Shown one piece after another: positions 1-12,700 of a stretch of 64,000 nt of DNA. A model generated the notes under the pieces. It did not search any database. It had not been told where the DNA came from and saw nothing but the letters and a program-made list of their open reading frames with translations. This stretch comes from Paraphysomonas bandaiensis. Taxonomy: Eukaryota > Protista > Chrysophyceae. A program made the translations under genes and the position numbers. The stretch is from positions 1 to 64,000 of the forward strand of contig CBFFRP010000030.1 of NCBI GenBank assembly GCA_965644295.1, read 5' to 3'. Every line of letters begins with the position of its first letter. Within the stretch, counting starts at the first letter, position 1.

Positions 1-1605
1 TGGGCTAGTAGGTTTCCCAAGGCCTGACCTCCTGGTAACGAATCCACTTTATATCTGGGTCCTCCTCGCTGGGCTTCATGAGAAAGGCAGGCCTGGGCGC
101 CGAAAGAAGCGATGCTTTACGGTCCATGTCCCCTCATACACATCATACATACCAGAGATATTACTGCTAGAAGCCACCTTGTCTCATCTCCCTTCCTCCA
201 AGAGATCCAAGTCAAAGTCTTAGTAAGTGCTTGCTTGATGCAACCAGACAGAGTACGAGGTAAACCCATTCCATGCCTGATTGATTATTTTGTTGAAGTG
301 AATAGCCATAGCTATATACCTGCACAAGCAATCACAAACCATACACTGTATGCTATCATCCACATCATACACTTTCATGTACACACCCACATCCAGCTTT
401 ATCTTGAAGGTCCATCTTCGTAGCCATTATATCCCGATCCACAATATGGAGTGTAGCAAACCATTAGGACAAGGCGGGGAGCAATCCATGCTCCATGATG
501 GCCTCCCGCAGCACAGAGTGGTTCGTTGGATCTGATCCAAAACGCATTGAACTCCTTCGTGGTGAGCCCATACAACTCATCAATGGCAACCATGTCCCGC
601 CCCTAGGTGCGGATAGAGACACCGTACTCCGCGAGAACATAGTCAGCACTCTTGCCATCAATTACCCTGGAAATGAGTCCGGCCCTACGCTCCTGAACGG
701 TGTAAACTTTGTAGCCCCGTTTGACATCTACCTCAGGGATAATAGATAGCGTTGAGAATCGCACTTTCAGTCGTCATACTTGGGGAAGTTTCGTACAATT
801 GGGCAGATCCGGTAAAAGCCTCTAACACCAAATTTACCTCTCGCTGGTGAGGTGCATTCACTGGAAACACACCATACTGCTTGGCACGCTTTAACCTCAA
901 TCAATACATTTCTTTTTTCCAATGGGGGCAGTGTGACATCGTCCACACGACTGCCTGTATGCTTATGAGTGATCTGGTCGCCGTGGACGCACCGCATCAC
1001 AAGATCAATTCTGTATGAAAATCAGATCAGACAACGTCATCATGAGCAGTGATTTCTGTTTACTCTACCTGATATAACTATATATAGTTTAGTTCTGTGT
1101 AAGTATGTGAGGATGGTTTATAGTAAGATTTAAGGTTGTTCTGATGTGATTCAACACATAAAAATCGGCCAATTCCGAATAAAAAGTAAATCGGCTATTG
1201 CGGTGCCTGCCTTCCTAGTGCTTTTGTTCTCATTACCCTGAAAGGTTGGATGATGAAGATAAGCTGATAATTTCTGCCAACAAAGACCGAGTGATGGAGT
1301 TCTTTGGGGTTCAGTGCAATACAGCTAACGACCGGAAGAAATTAGATGGACCAAATGATATACCCAATGACAGGAGGACCTCTACAGTGCATTACATGTT
1401 AAAGGCTATAGTGCATTAGTGCGAAGACTTTGTGGATCCTCTGACATTTTGGCAATGGACTAGCAGGGATCCAACCATCGGCTTTTTATGTGGAACTTCA
1501 AGCTTTTTGACAAAAGCTGATAGGGATGACTTCTCATCTACGTGCAAGAAAAGACAACAGAATTCCTTCTTAAACGAGCATGGGAGTGTACTGAAATGCG
1601 ATTCC

Positions 1606-1809
1606 AATCTTGTATTAAGCTGAATCCTAATACGCCCCTCAATGAAATAATCAGTGAACCGTAGATACAGGAGATAATGAACTATACACACTGAGAGTAA
1701 AAAACCAATAGAGTAGCTGTCACTAGTCAATAAAAAACTGCAGAGGTGCCATATTGGTGAGGCCATCCTTCTAGTCCAGCATCATGTATTTGTAAGCTGA
1801 ATCCTAATA
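1606..1809 (-). mobile_element. Deleted Copia remnant: LTR-start fragment + 3'UTR/PPT + LTR-start fragment (TATTAGGA-type LTR family)
   Basis: Minus strand reads TATTAGGATTCAGCTT from 1809 and again from 1632. The second copy is preceded by PPT-like TTGAGGGGCG. CCCCTCAATGAAATAATCA is shared with the PPT region of the Copia at 61745. Confidence 0.55.
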
Positions 1810-4147
1810 GTTTGGTAGAGTATATAAAAGTGCTTGAATTGTATCGGGAGTTAGGAATGGAATGTAAGGATGTTGGTACTCTCAGATTTCAGTTATGGCA
1901 GTTTCTATAGTAGGCTATGTTCTTGTAGTAGAGGTAAGTGAGTACTATTCAATATTATACTAAGTAGAAATAATATACGCAGTATGTATGTCTACTACAG
2001 TATATATATATTATTTGCACTTGAAATATATGTAAATTTTGACTCAAGAAAGTTGATTGTATATAAGCCAGCTACGAAAACCACTGTAAGCAGATATATA
2101 TTAGGGTCTATTTTCAAGTTTCAAGATATTCGTAGTTTCCAGAAAATTAGGGAAATAAAGCAATACAGAGAGGTACTGTGACTAATTCAGAAGACCCTTG
2201 GCCACTGTGGTGCTACCAGCGCGTGTGAATGGCAAATTCAGAGAGGGCACGTAGTTCACTCAGTTAAGCAAACAATAACCAAATCCTCCTTCCCTTCATA
2301 TACGTGAAATAAGAATAGTGCAGCGGCAGGTCACATCACCATAATATAACTAATGATTTGTTACTTTACGGCGGGTATGTACGTGTGTGCCTGTCTCAAG
2401 GGGTGTATATGTGTATGTATGGGAGAGGGTATGTAGCTTATTAACAGTCACCTCATACATACAAGAACCTGGATCGCTTCAGAGCAGAGGGTTGAAAGAA
2501 ACACGACGGTGAAGAAGATATTCTTCTGTTTCTGGTGTGGATATCACCCTCCTTTCATGGCCTGTTGATAGTTTAAAGTAACATATGAAGAGATGCGTTA
2601 TATCATACATACACACTTCACATAATACAACACGGTATTCCAAAAAACACACATCTACAACCGACACAAACTGAAAAGTATACATGAGTGTGACAGAATT
2701 TCCGTACTCCCGCATTGTATATATTGACAGTTATATTTAGCGCGTGGCACATATTCCTACTCGCTGTACACTCAAAAGACATGTACCTGAGGAGTGGCAT
2801 TGAAGAAAAGAGGAGAGAAGTATACTACGACGTTGTAGAAGAGTTAAACAAGAACATCAATGCGCCACATTTGAACCCTGCACTTGTACGGAACTTGTGA
2901 TGCACTTTTAATTTTAATTTCAGAATTTGATACGCACTCTTAAAACTATTATTAAGAGCGATTCCTTGTGTCCGACATGATCTTTTATCACACATGTATA
3001 GTGTCCTTTTTCATGTTTTCTAGAGTGTGGGCGAATTATTTTCGTGAGGTAGAGGAAGTTTGTTAGTGAGAAAGGACGTCAGGCAACTAATGTTCTACAA
3101 GAAGATTTAGCTGGCGGTACTGACCGCCCGAAAATTATTAGCATAGCATACCCAACAGTATGATTTCGACTTATTTTTATTTGTGTGATAATTGGTTGTT
3201 ACAGACTCCAGAAGAATATATGATATAGAAGAAGGCTCTGCAGAATCTGAGGATGGGACTGTGTGCATGTATGCTCCGTTCTCCTACCATATATATGTCT
3301 CTGAGAACCTATATAGGATCTTTTACGCCTCCGCGTGCCAGACATGGAGCTCGATTTGCAAATACGATGTGATGAAAATTGACAATAGCATATATGAGAG
3401 TACATCGGAATTATAGATATTTAGGAATTATAATCGGTATTGTTTTGAAGAAGCCACTCCTTGTGATACTTGTGGTAGTATGATTTTGTGTCACTGTGAG
3501 TAGTAGGCCCACTTACTGTGCTATACCCTTTTCATGCGTACTCATATCGTCGAAAATTTTATATGGAAGTTTATGGCGTCTGGGTGGAAGTATAATGAGC
3601 AGTAATCTCATATTCTACCCTGTAATCTCTTGTGTATGCTTATGCTTGTACATTTTGTTTGTGTGAAATAGAACAATTATTTCCATTTTTGTCCCAAGTG
3701 GTAACGACTACGGGTATTAGAGCCTCACCGTAGGTGACATTGATGATCTTATCATCCTTGTCCATGTGCACAGGTGATAGTGGCTAGGGAATAGTGAGAC
3801 ACCAGGATCTCTACATCAGCATAATCTAAGCCAAAAAGCAATGCCTTCATATTTTATATTTCTGATCTGCTCCTCGCTAGCATTGACAATGGAAGGATCC
3901 AACCCTCCTAGCATAAGCATAAGAGTTGTTCTTACTGACTCCAAGTTTGAAGACTTCAGCATTTATCAAGTTGCCCCTATCCATAGTAATCAACAATATA
4001 AATAAATAACAATGAATAAGTCTACAGCTACAACACTATCTACAAGCAACTTCCAGAGTGAAGAAATTGCATCATATTATCAATAATCAATATATGTTAT
4101 ATGTCTACTACGATTCCGTGATCAATGAAATGAACATCATTCATATT

Positions 4148-4202
4148 TATTAGGATTCAGCTTAATGCATGACAGTATCTGTGAGTTATAATGTTCAATA
4201 AA
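4148..4202 (+). mobile_element. 5' part of a TATTAGGA-type LTR, interrupted by another LTR
   Basis: TATTAGGATTCAGCTTAAT...GTATCTGTGAGTTATAATGTTCAAT nearly matches 36209-36260. Confidence 0.6.
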
Positions 4203-4489
4203 TGTTGAGTTTGCTGTTTGAGCAATTAAAAGCTGTAATTCTAAGATATTGGAATTATGACGGTTAGTCGGAGAATACAGTAGTGATGAGCTGTATTATG
4301 AGAAGTGATATCATGACGATGTAAGATCGTACTAGAAATGAGTGGTAGTAGAGATAACGTGATATATTGCTTATTATATTTATTATAATCTTCTCTCATC
4401 TTAACTTGATTAACGAGTGAATACTGTCCAGTTAACTTAGTAAATCATCCAATTGTGTCACATCTTTGACATGGTAGCGGATGGTAGTT
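4203..4489 (+). mobile_element. Orphan 5' LTR + PBS of a Copia related to the 40501 element
   Basis: TGTTGAG...TTTGACA (4203-4471) followed by TGGTAGCGGATGGTAGTT. Shares TGACGATGTAAGATCGT..AGAAATGAGTGGTAGT and GAGCAATT.AAAGCTGTA with the LTR at 40501-40819. No gag follows. Confidence 0.75.
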
Positions 4490-4729
4490 GGAAACAACTG
4501 CTGAAGCGTGACCATTGGAATGTAACTGGACAGAGGAGCAGGAGTGATACTGCTTTGTACAGTACAAACATACAGTATATAGGATATAAAACCAGTAATA
4601 TTTATGAAAATCTGTTTTTCATACGAACATGACAGAAAAGATGACTGCTGTTGCTATGTACTGTAGCTATGTTATAGTGGTTGATGACTGTATGAACCTC
4701 TGAAGAGACCTGCATAATTATCAGAATGA

Positions 4730-5230
4730 TGTCGTCGTGCCCAAGAGATTTATCAACGTATGTATTCAGACATTGACAGTCCATTGGATTTTGAGGAGGA
4801 GTTTCCAGAAACGGGAAATCTCGAAGGACCGGAAAGCAACTCCGACGACGAGCATAATGACGAAATTGCTGACCAACCAGTAAACAATGAACCAGTTGCC
4901 GAGCCTCCACAGAATAAACGTAGAATCGAAAAGTCGAAGAACTGCCGAAATGGCCTCTCGGCTAGAACTTCCGTCTCGAAAGCAATTAAGACTTGCGTGG
5001 ACGGGTTGCAAGGTAGCAATAATACAAACGTCTTATTATCTTGCATGCAGATGATGCAGCAACAAAATCAACAGATGATGCAGCAACAAAATCAGCAGAT
5101 GATGCAGATGATGATGTTCATAATGGGCAATCGTGGTTCATCAAGAATACTACTCTGTACCCCGCTACAAATATCCACCACAAGAAGTACACCACAGAGC
5201 AGCAAATCTATCAGATTCATGTGGGAGTGA
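4730..5230 (+). pseudogene. Truncated acidic, Q/M-rich ORF resembling transposon-associated accessory proteins (DUF6818-like C-terminal part)
   Basis: Reads CRRAQEIYQRMYSDID...acidic tract...RTSVSKAI...MQMMQQQNQQMMQQQNQQMMQMMM. The family resemblance is from memory only. Confidence 0.35.
5048..5107 (+). repeat. 24-bp tandem repeat (about 2.5 copies) encoding QMMQQQNQ
   Basis: CAGATGATGCAGCAACAAAATCA(A/G) twice plus a partial copy. Confidence 0.85.
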
Positions 5231-6109
5231 TCCATTAAATTCATTTCAAAATCCTATGTAGTATTGTAGACAGCTAGGGTTGATTACTAATGTGAAAGTA
5301 AGCAATGCATAAATTAAGAAATATTTATTACACAGAAGTATCTTGCAATGTGGTCGTAACCTTCCATATTTACGCACTCCTCATACAAAGGATTAAATAC
5401 AGTTGCTATTTGATTAAGTCCTACATGGTGAGTGAAAATTGTGAACCAGCAACAACAGCTAGTAAATATTTTCCCTCGAATAAATTTGTAACGAGGGTAG
5501 ACGACCTTTCAATCGAGAAAACGTTCCTTGTATATGCTCGCATGACCCCATTCAGCCGCCTGTCTCAATGATAAGCGCTTAGGTAATTAGATCTGATTAT
5601 TACATGAGAGAACTTGTTGCATTTATTTATTACGTTAGACTAGTTGTGCCATTGCAAATTATGAAATGCTCAGTTATCTCGGGACTGCTTGTGCATTGCT
5701 GCAAGCACCTTGGTGCAACCATCCCTTGTTTTAAGTTTAGTCTGGTGGTCGTCACTCGGGTAGTGTGTCTGGTGGTCCATATCCGCATGCGAGTCAGGGT
5801 GTGGGGGGTGACGTGCCATTCTGTGGATGTGTGTCAGCGGAGGTGTAGTGGGATTACCAGCAGTTGTGGTTGTGGTTCTGTCGGAAATGAGTGTTGTCTG
5901 CCTCCGGACGTCGGGTTGGCAGGCCTGCGTTCTCATACGGAGAGCCCTTCTGGCTCAGGAAGAATGCCTAAGCGGCAAGAGCGCCCCCTCACCCTCCGCG
6001 TCGCTATGTGTGGTCTCGTGTGGGGCACGGCTCTGGGGGTGGATGTCGCTTTAAGTAGCTGGAGGATCGTCGGGGTGGTGGTGGGGTATGCGACGTGGCT
6101 GTGGGTTGG

Positions 6110-9100
6110 CAGCGCCTCTAGAAAACTGTTCGGTTCATGGACATGTTCATTCTCAGTACTCTCCTCTGAATCCATGACATTTACATCGGCATCCATTACC
6201 TCTATCACGTTAATTTCTCCTAACACTGAGGCATTAGCTAGCCTCCTCCGTAAACGCTTACGTTTCTCTGCATCCCTTTTAGATACTCTCTGTAGGGTAT
6301 TAGTACTGTTAGAATTTATAGTATCAGTCTATTCAGGTGCTCGATCAGGTTCTCCCTGAGCTGCATCTTCATCAAGTACTCCTTGAGACATATCTTCATC
6401 AGGTGCTCCCTGAATAATACCATGGTTAACTAGCTGCTCCTGATGGCTCTCAAGTGCTGGGATAGTGGACGTACTCCGTCCATCAGTGGTACTAGAAGCG
6501 TCCCTCGTTCCCGTATATCCCGTGTATCCAGGCGTATTCCTTGTCATTACCTGAACATCTTCTATATATGTATGGGTACCTTCTTCTGCTCAATGTGGGT
6601 TCTCCCCGCAGTTACAAGTGACCGATATCCAACAATGACACCCTTTCTTTCTTCCACTCTGGTGGTCTTGTACAACAGCCCGTCTTCATCATCGTCTATG
6701 TGAAAAGTCTTCACGAGATGCTGATAATCATTCACCGTCTTTGGTCTAGGTGCTGTTCGTACTCGGAGTGCGTCGATTTCTGCGTAATATTCTTCTGTGC
6801 GGGAAGGTATACTCTCATCTGTGAGTATGTGTACACACGTAATTACCTTATATCGGTTGCTGGGAGATACACCTGGTATCCAACTTTATCTTCCGAATAT
6901 CCCACTAGGTATCCAATCTTTGATTTATCGTCCCAGTCCTTTCGCCTGTCCGCCTTAGGTGTCAATATATAAGTTTTGCACCCCCATACTCTAAAATATT
7001 TCAAACTGGGTGGCTGACCCGTGACATACTCATATGGGGACATGTATCCTTTATCCGTCCTTGTAGGGAGTCGGATCAATGTATAACGAGCAACATAATA
7101 TGCGTCTCTAACCAGAATGGAACCGGTAGGCCTGACTGCAACAACATCGCCAACGCCATCTCTGATGCAGTCCTGAATTTTTGCTCCTCCACTGCATTCA
7201 TTTCTGGGCTATCTGTTGAAGACCAAGTGTGTTTGTAGCAGCCTTGTGACCTCAAATAGCTCCTAAGTTCTTGATTTATGAGCTCTCCAGCTCCATCAGC
7301 GTGGTAATGGTCCACTCTCAGCTTATATTGCCTAAAATCTCTCCTTCGAACACCTCTCTAAAAAACTGAATCACTTCTTCTTTAGTACGCTGGTTTACGC
7401 CTTTCACCCAGAACATCCTACTCGGGTGATGAGTTAGTTTGACTATACGTAGCGCTCATCTCCTCGAGCGGGAGTATTAAGAAATACTTGCACATCAGCC
7501 GATGTGTCCGGCTTGACATCCGTATCCTCCTTTGTGTGAAACGAAACTCTCGTAATCTTTGATCTGGCACATATGCTACAGAGACAAGATTTTTTTAATG
7601 CAGTCTTCGATAGGTGCTTCCTCTGTAGATTTGAGCCAGTGAACAACATCCTTCTATGTGCCTCAGTTAGAGCCCCTTTGTTGAAATGGCCCACTCTCCT
7701 ATGCAGCAGTTCCAACTCATCTTCTCCATACTGATCAGTCAAATTTGCTTCTGGTGCACCCCTACTATAGCTGGATACATCTGGCAGACTCAGTAAGGTT
7801 TGCGTAGGGACCGCAGTCATACCATTAAGCATGGGTCCCTCCAATACTGTCGCTCCACCAGTGTTGTGATCCACAATTCGAATTCCATTCCAAACGATGA
7901 ACTCATATAACCCATATCGTTCAAACGTTTCCCCGAACACAGAAATCTGTTGATGTCTTCGGAGTATTCGATACCCTTCCAGTCGTTTACCCTTCCTGTT
8001 GCCGTTACATTGATCACCGTTCCTTTCTTGGAGCCTCTGATAACTCTATCTGATGGAATTGATTCATCGAATACTTGCTGATCATTTATCAAAAACATAG
8101 ACGATGAGTAGCATGTATGTATCTATGTATGTATAGTGTTCAGCAGTGTGCCAATCATACAACATGTGTCACTTTTATCATATATATCAACACCGCAGTC
8201 ATAAAGCATATTCGCTTCGGACTCCGAGTCAGACTCGGTTCCTCCTATGCGGATATTCTCGAACGTGAAAACCTTCCTGGGGTTTCTTGGTCTTTCCAGT
8301 TGAATTTCGGGGACATTCGTTCGCGCGATGGTTTTTGGATTTGCATACTCTGCATCCTGTATATTCCTTACTGCCCGGTCTTTGTCCCTTCGTTTCCCCC
8401 TTTTTCTTCCTACATTGTTCTGTATTATGATTGTGTATTATACCTTTCTTAGAGCAATAAGTGCACTTTCTCTTTATAGATACTCTCTCTTTCTTTCGAG
8501 GCTTTTCAATATGATTCAGCTCCTCCGTGCTCTTGCGCTTCTTCTCTATGATTTTCCTCCCATACTTGGTGTCGTCGAACTGTTCGATACGTTTGGATAA
8601 CAATTCATATGGTACATCATCGGGCATTTAATACAGAGCATAATTCAAACCGTCATATTCATCACTGATAATTCCCTCCTTCAGCCGACTAATTTTTTAT
8701 TCTTCCGTTACCGTTTGGTTATGCGCCTGAAGTTCACGAAGAAGCACCTCAAAACGCAGTACATACTCTTTCGCGGTCTCCCCTGGCTTCATCTCGAATG
8801 ATCCAAACTGAGCACAAGCAGAACACTAATCTTGTTTTGTGTTCCTCCTTCAAAACACGATTTAAGAGTGCTAACCATCTCTCTGGCGCTGAACTTGTTA
8901 ATCCTTCCTTCAGCTGCCTTGAACTCCTTGTGCTTCAGATGAAACTTCTGCAGCGCCTTCGGAGATCGCTTCACCGCCTCTCTGCAGTATGAGTAGGCAA
9001 TTGCATTCGCCTTCCAATACTTGTCCACCGCTTCTTTGTAGGACTTGGTCTCAAGACTATTCAGGGGTTGAATTCCGAAATCCTCTTTCTCCGGTGGCCT

Positions 9101-9315
9101 TTCTAGAGCCACCCTTTCTCATTAGGCTTCAGAAAGTTTTGTAAGAGAAGTTTAAGTTAGTCAAACTAGATAGATTACTTTATTATGATTGTATACACAA
9201 TTGTGTGTGTTGTCATGTAGCACATGTCAACAACATGATAAATTATTTCGTTCATGTCAACCACTGCTCAACTTCCGTATCTTGAATCGTCATGATATAA
9301 TACTTCAGTTTCACA
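6110..9315 (-). mobile_element. Decayed Ty1/Copia retrotransposon (gag, protease region, integrase; RT/RNaseH lost)
   Basis: Fragmented ORFs: gag with zinc knuckle CRVCKSKNHRANEC, GAG-pre-integrase LLHRRVGH...CSICARSK, integrase HADGAGEL/SPEMNAVEE, FRVWGCKTY..KSKIGYLVGY. Ends at HEPNSFLEAL just before RT. Clearly homologous to the 40804 polyprotein. Left LTR boundary (TGTGAAAC from 9315) is tentative. Confidence 0.85.
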
Positions 9316-9732
9316 GTTATAGCTATATAGCACCTTTGACTATTGTCTACGTATTACTGTTTTTCACATTGTATTTAACGTACTATCTTAGAGAACCATA
9401 CGTATTCCAATAGCCTATTGCTAAATAAAAAGACTTTCAATATATTGAAGTAACTCAATATCGTAATTATTACTGTAGTTGGCAGGGTACATCTACTTGA
9501 CAAGGTAGCTACACCAAAATTGGGTTGACGAGACCACTTTGACAAGGTTGAATAAAACATCTCCGTGAAAATGGTATTGGTGTAAGTCGTAATTCGTAAA
9601 AGTAGAGCTGCTATGAAAGAAATATTAAGAAAGATTCACATTTCATAAAATGCTGCATATTTAGTTATCAAAACTTGGGTTGCAATCCCATAATGAAAGA
9701 GATACTAAAATTCTCTGCATAAGTCCCATTGA

Positions 9733-12700
9733 TTAAGACAATGACGATAAGAACCTTTGGTGTATAGCGACTACTTCTTCATCAGGTTTCCCGAATTCGT
9801 CGTTTTTGTTGTCTTCTCTAACATCCAAAAGCGTTTGGTCAATGACTTGTCGTCGACACGCTTCCCCTTGAATCAATACATTGACAACAGCCCCAAGCCA
9901 CTCTGGTGCCTAAATATTGACGAACACAATAAGTTTTACGTCCTCAGAATTTAACATTTACTCACATTCATAATATCCACCACATTGTCCACAAGCAGCC
10001 GCAAATCCTCGCATTTACTTAGACTAGACTCCACATGTTCTCGCCCCACCTTCAACTGCGGCATTACGCAATTAAGGAATTGAACCAAATCCCTCTGCAT
10101 GTCACTCTTATTGCAGTTGAGGTATTTGTCGACAACTCTTAACACGATTTCTCCACAGGCATTCATTGGCAATTCTGCTAGGCACTCATTAGCCTCCGTT
10201 GAGTCCTTCATCGAAAGATACTCGTCCACTATGGTATTTGTTTTGCGTTTCAACACATCTGGAGGCAGCTGCTCTACTGGCCCCCTTTGCGACCTACCAG
10301 CACTAGGAGGAGTGCCATATCTGGACTGATTAGGCGAATCCGCTCCCACCCGCCGTATATCTGCTGGGGAAGGCACTGAATGTGGAGAGTTCCTGCGAAC
10401 ATGGCCGGGTTGGTGCCCCCCACCTCTCCCCCCAGCTCCCATACGACTGTCTTGTGGAGATTGCGTACCACCCCTTCCCTTTCCGCCTTTTTGATATCGT
10501 GGATTCGCCTGACTCTGCATTTGCTGCCGCTTCATCTGCTCCTCATTAGCTGCTTTCATTCGAATCTCTTCAATAAGAGCAGGGCCATCTGCTTCCCGCC
10601 TCTCCTGCCAAGCGTTTTTGCGTAAAGCGATAATCTCCTCTATTGAGAAACGGATACGAGAATTGACGCGCTTATCTCCGGCGAGTTCTGATAGCTTCAA
10701 AAAGAAAGACTTGAAAGATTTACGATTTTCTTTCCGCATCTCCTGCAATTTTTCATTCTCCGGTTTATCCGTCACCAAGCTGCTTTCCATACGCCCACCC
10801 ACAGTCCGCAAAAGCTTACATACAAGCTCCACCTCTTGGTCCCCAACAGATTTTCCAAAAAGCAGCTCCCTAATGCATTCGAACATAGTACTATTTCGTA
10901 TCATTCCCTTTTTGCAAAGCTCTCCAATGAAACGAATATTACCGAACATGCGTCGTTTAACAGCTCCTTCCAACTCCTCAAGCTCAAGCTCCGCCAACGC
11001 GATTTCATCAGCAGTCATACTAGCCTTTTCCCGCTTCAACTTTTCACGGCGCTGTGTTGGAGTGGCATAGTATCCGTCCTATAAAGATAACATTATTGTT
11101 ACATACAGAGAAAAAATTACCAACCACATACATTTGAAACAGATGCCATATACTCGTCTTGACATATCCTGACTAGAACCGTCTTGAATCCGTACTTTTT
11201 GCTGATAGACTTGATCGCAGCTTCTCTGGAGGGAAAGAAAGTCCCACTCTTCTTCGATTCGTCAATATCAGCGAATGGCATGAACGCAACAAAGTATCCG
11301 GCCCTATCCACAGCATTGAATATCTACACACAAGCACGAGATTTAGGGCATAATCGGAACATCATTAAAATTCTTACATTGATGAGAATTCCATTAACGA
11401 TCAGGATATCCACAATATTAACTGGACTGTTGACAGGCTGGGTTGGATGGTTGCTAACAGCAACCGCTGCATTAACACATTCCTCAACTGTCGAGAATGG
11501 GCCTGAGAGAGTGTTGCTGTACTGCATATCTACAATCCATAAGTACTGATTTGTGTCTTTATTCCACACGACCTGACAGAAAGAGAGGTAGTTATTCTTG
11601 CTATCAAGTATACTACACATCTCAGCATAAAGATTTGCGAAATTGGGTTCGTTGACAGCTTTGTCAAACACTAGCCGTGTGAATCTTTCCAGCATTTCAC
11701 TGCTCAAAATATTGATATCCGCGAGCTGATTAGTGAGCTTAAGAAATGTTTGAGGCGTTATCTTATTGAGTATGGCAACGACTTCTCTCGTCATTACTTC
11801 CACAGGGTCAGTGATTACTTTCTTAGGCATCGGGGGGGCGGGAACGCGGCGGGGGTTTCTTTGTTGCTGAGTAGGTGCCTGTTGCTGGCCTCGCTTCCAT
11901 CCCGCTGCCTGTTTATCGTCATACTGCATACTCGGCTGTTGTTGAGGATAACCGCCTTGCTTCCACCTAGGCTCCGGGCCCCCTTGACCCGACATCTGCT
12001 GGGCATATGGAAGCTTACCTCCACTAGGACCATTCTTGGCACCCTGTGGATTATCAGATGTCACAACAATCTTACTATAGGAAAGACACTGGGACGGGCA
12101 ATCCATCTGCTCCTTTGGCACTTTCAGTTTCAAGATCTCAGCCTTACTGTATACGTACAAAGGTGCTGCAGGACCTGCTCTAGCTCCAGTGTTGAGCTTC
12201 TGTCCCTGTGGGCGAAGAGACCGCACCGCTGGCTTGATCTCCATTTTGGTGGCCTGCTCCTCCCAGGATTCCATGGGTACCGGTTCAGCGGTTGGCTGGG
12301 CCGCAAGAGGGGGGGGTGTTGGCTTTGTAGGCTCAGTGGATACTGGAGCAGGGGTTGGCTTGGAAGTGTAGGCATCCAGCATATCCCTCTGTAACGAGTC
12401 TGCTGCTGCTAGTTTATCTTTCCGCAAACTTTTCTTGCTCTTTTTTTCCGGGACAGGGGCACTGGTCGAGGAGAGTTCCTGAGAAGTGGTGACTTCCTTG
12501 GTCTTGAGCTCTGTATTGGGCTCGTCCTCCCAGGTTAACTCGTTACTTTGAATCTGGTTACCACTCTCATGATCAGCAGCAAACTTCGCATTCATAGAGG
12601 TGGAATTGTTACAGTCACTCTCTAATGGGTTCCCAGTCTCGCTAGACGCTCTCGAGGATTCACCGACAGTTGCCACATCAGATTTGATATCTGTTTCACT

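Noticed and set aside
2200-4100. Short ORFs in AT-rich sequence (also 46050-47400 and 50600-51200)
   Set aside because: No recognisable motifs or consistent spliced model; possibly old debris.
5604-6359. 251-aa plus-strand ORF
   Set aside because: Antisense to Copia linker and GC-rich debris; no domain; likely a shadow ORF.
11750-12394. 214-aa plus-strand ORF and other ORFs antisense to eIF4G, NOP56, DnaJ and pol
   Set aside because: Shadow frames of well-supported genes on the opposite strand.
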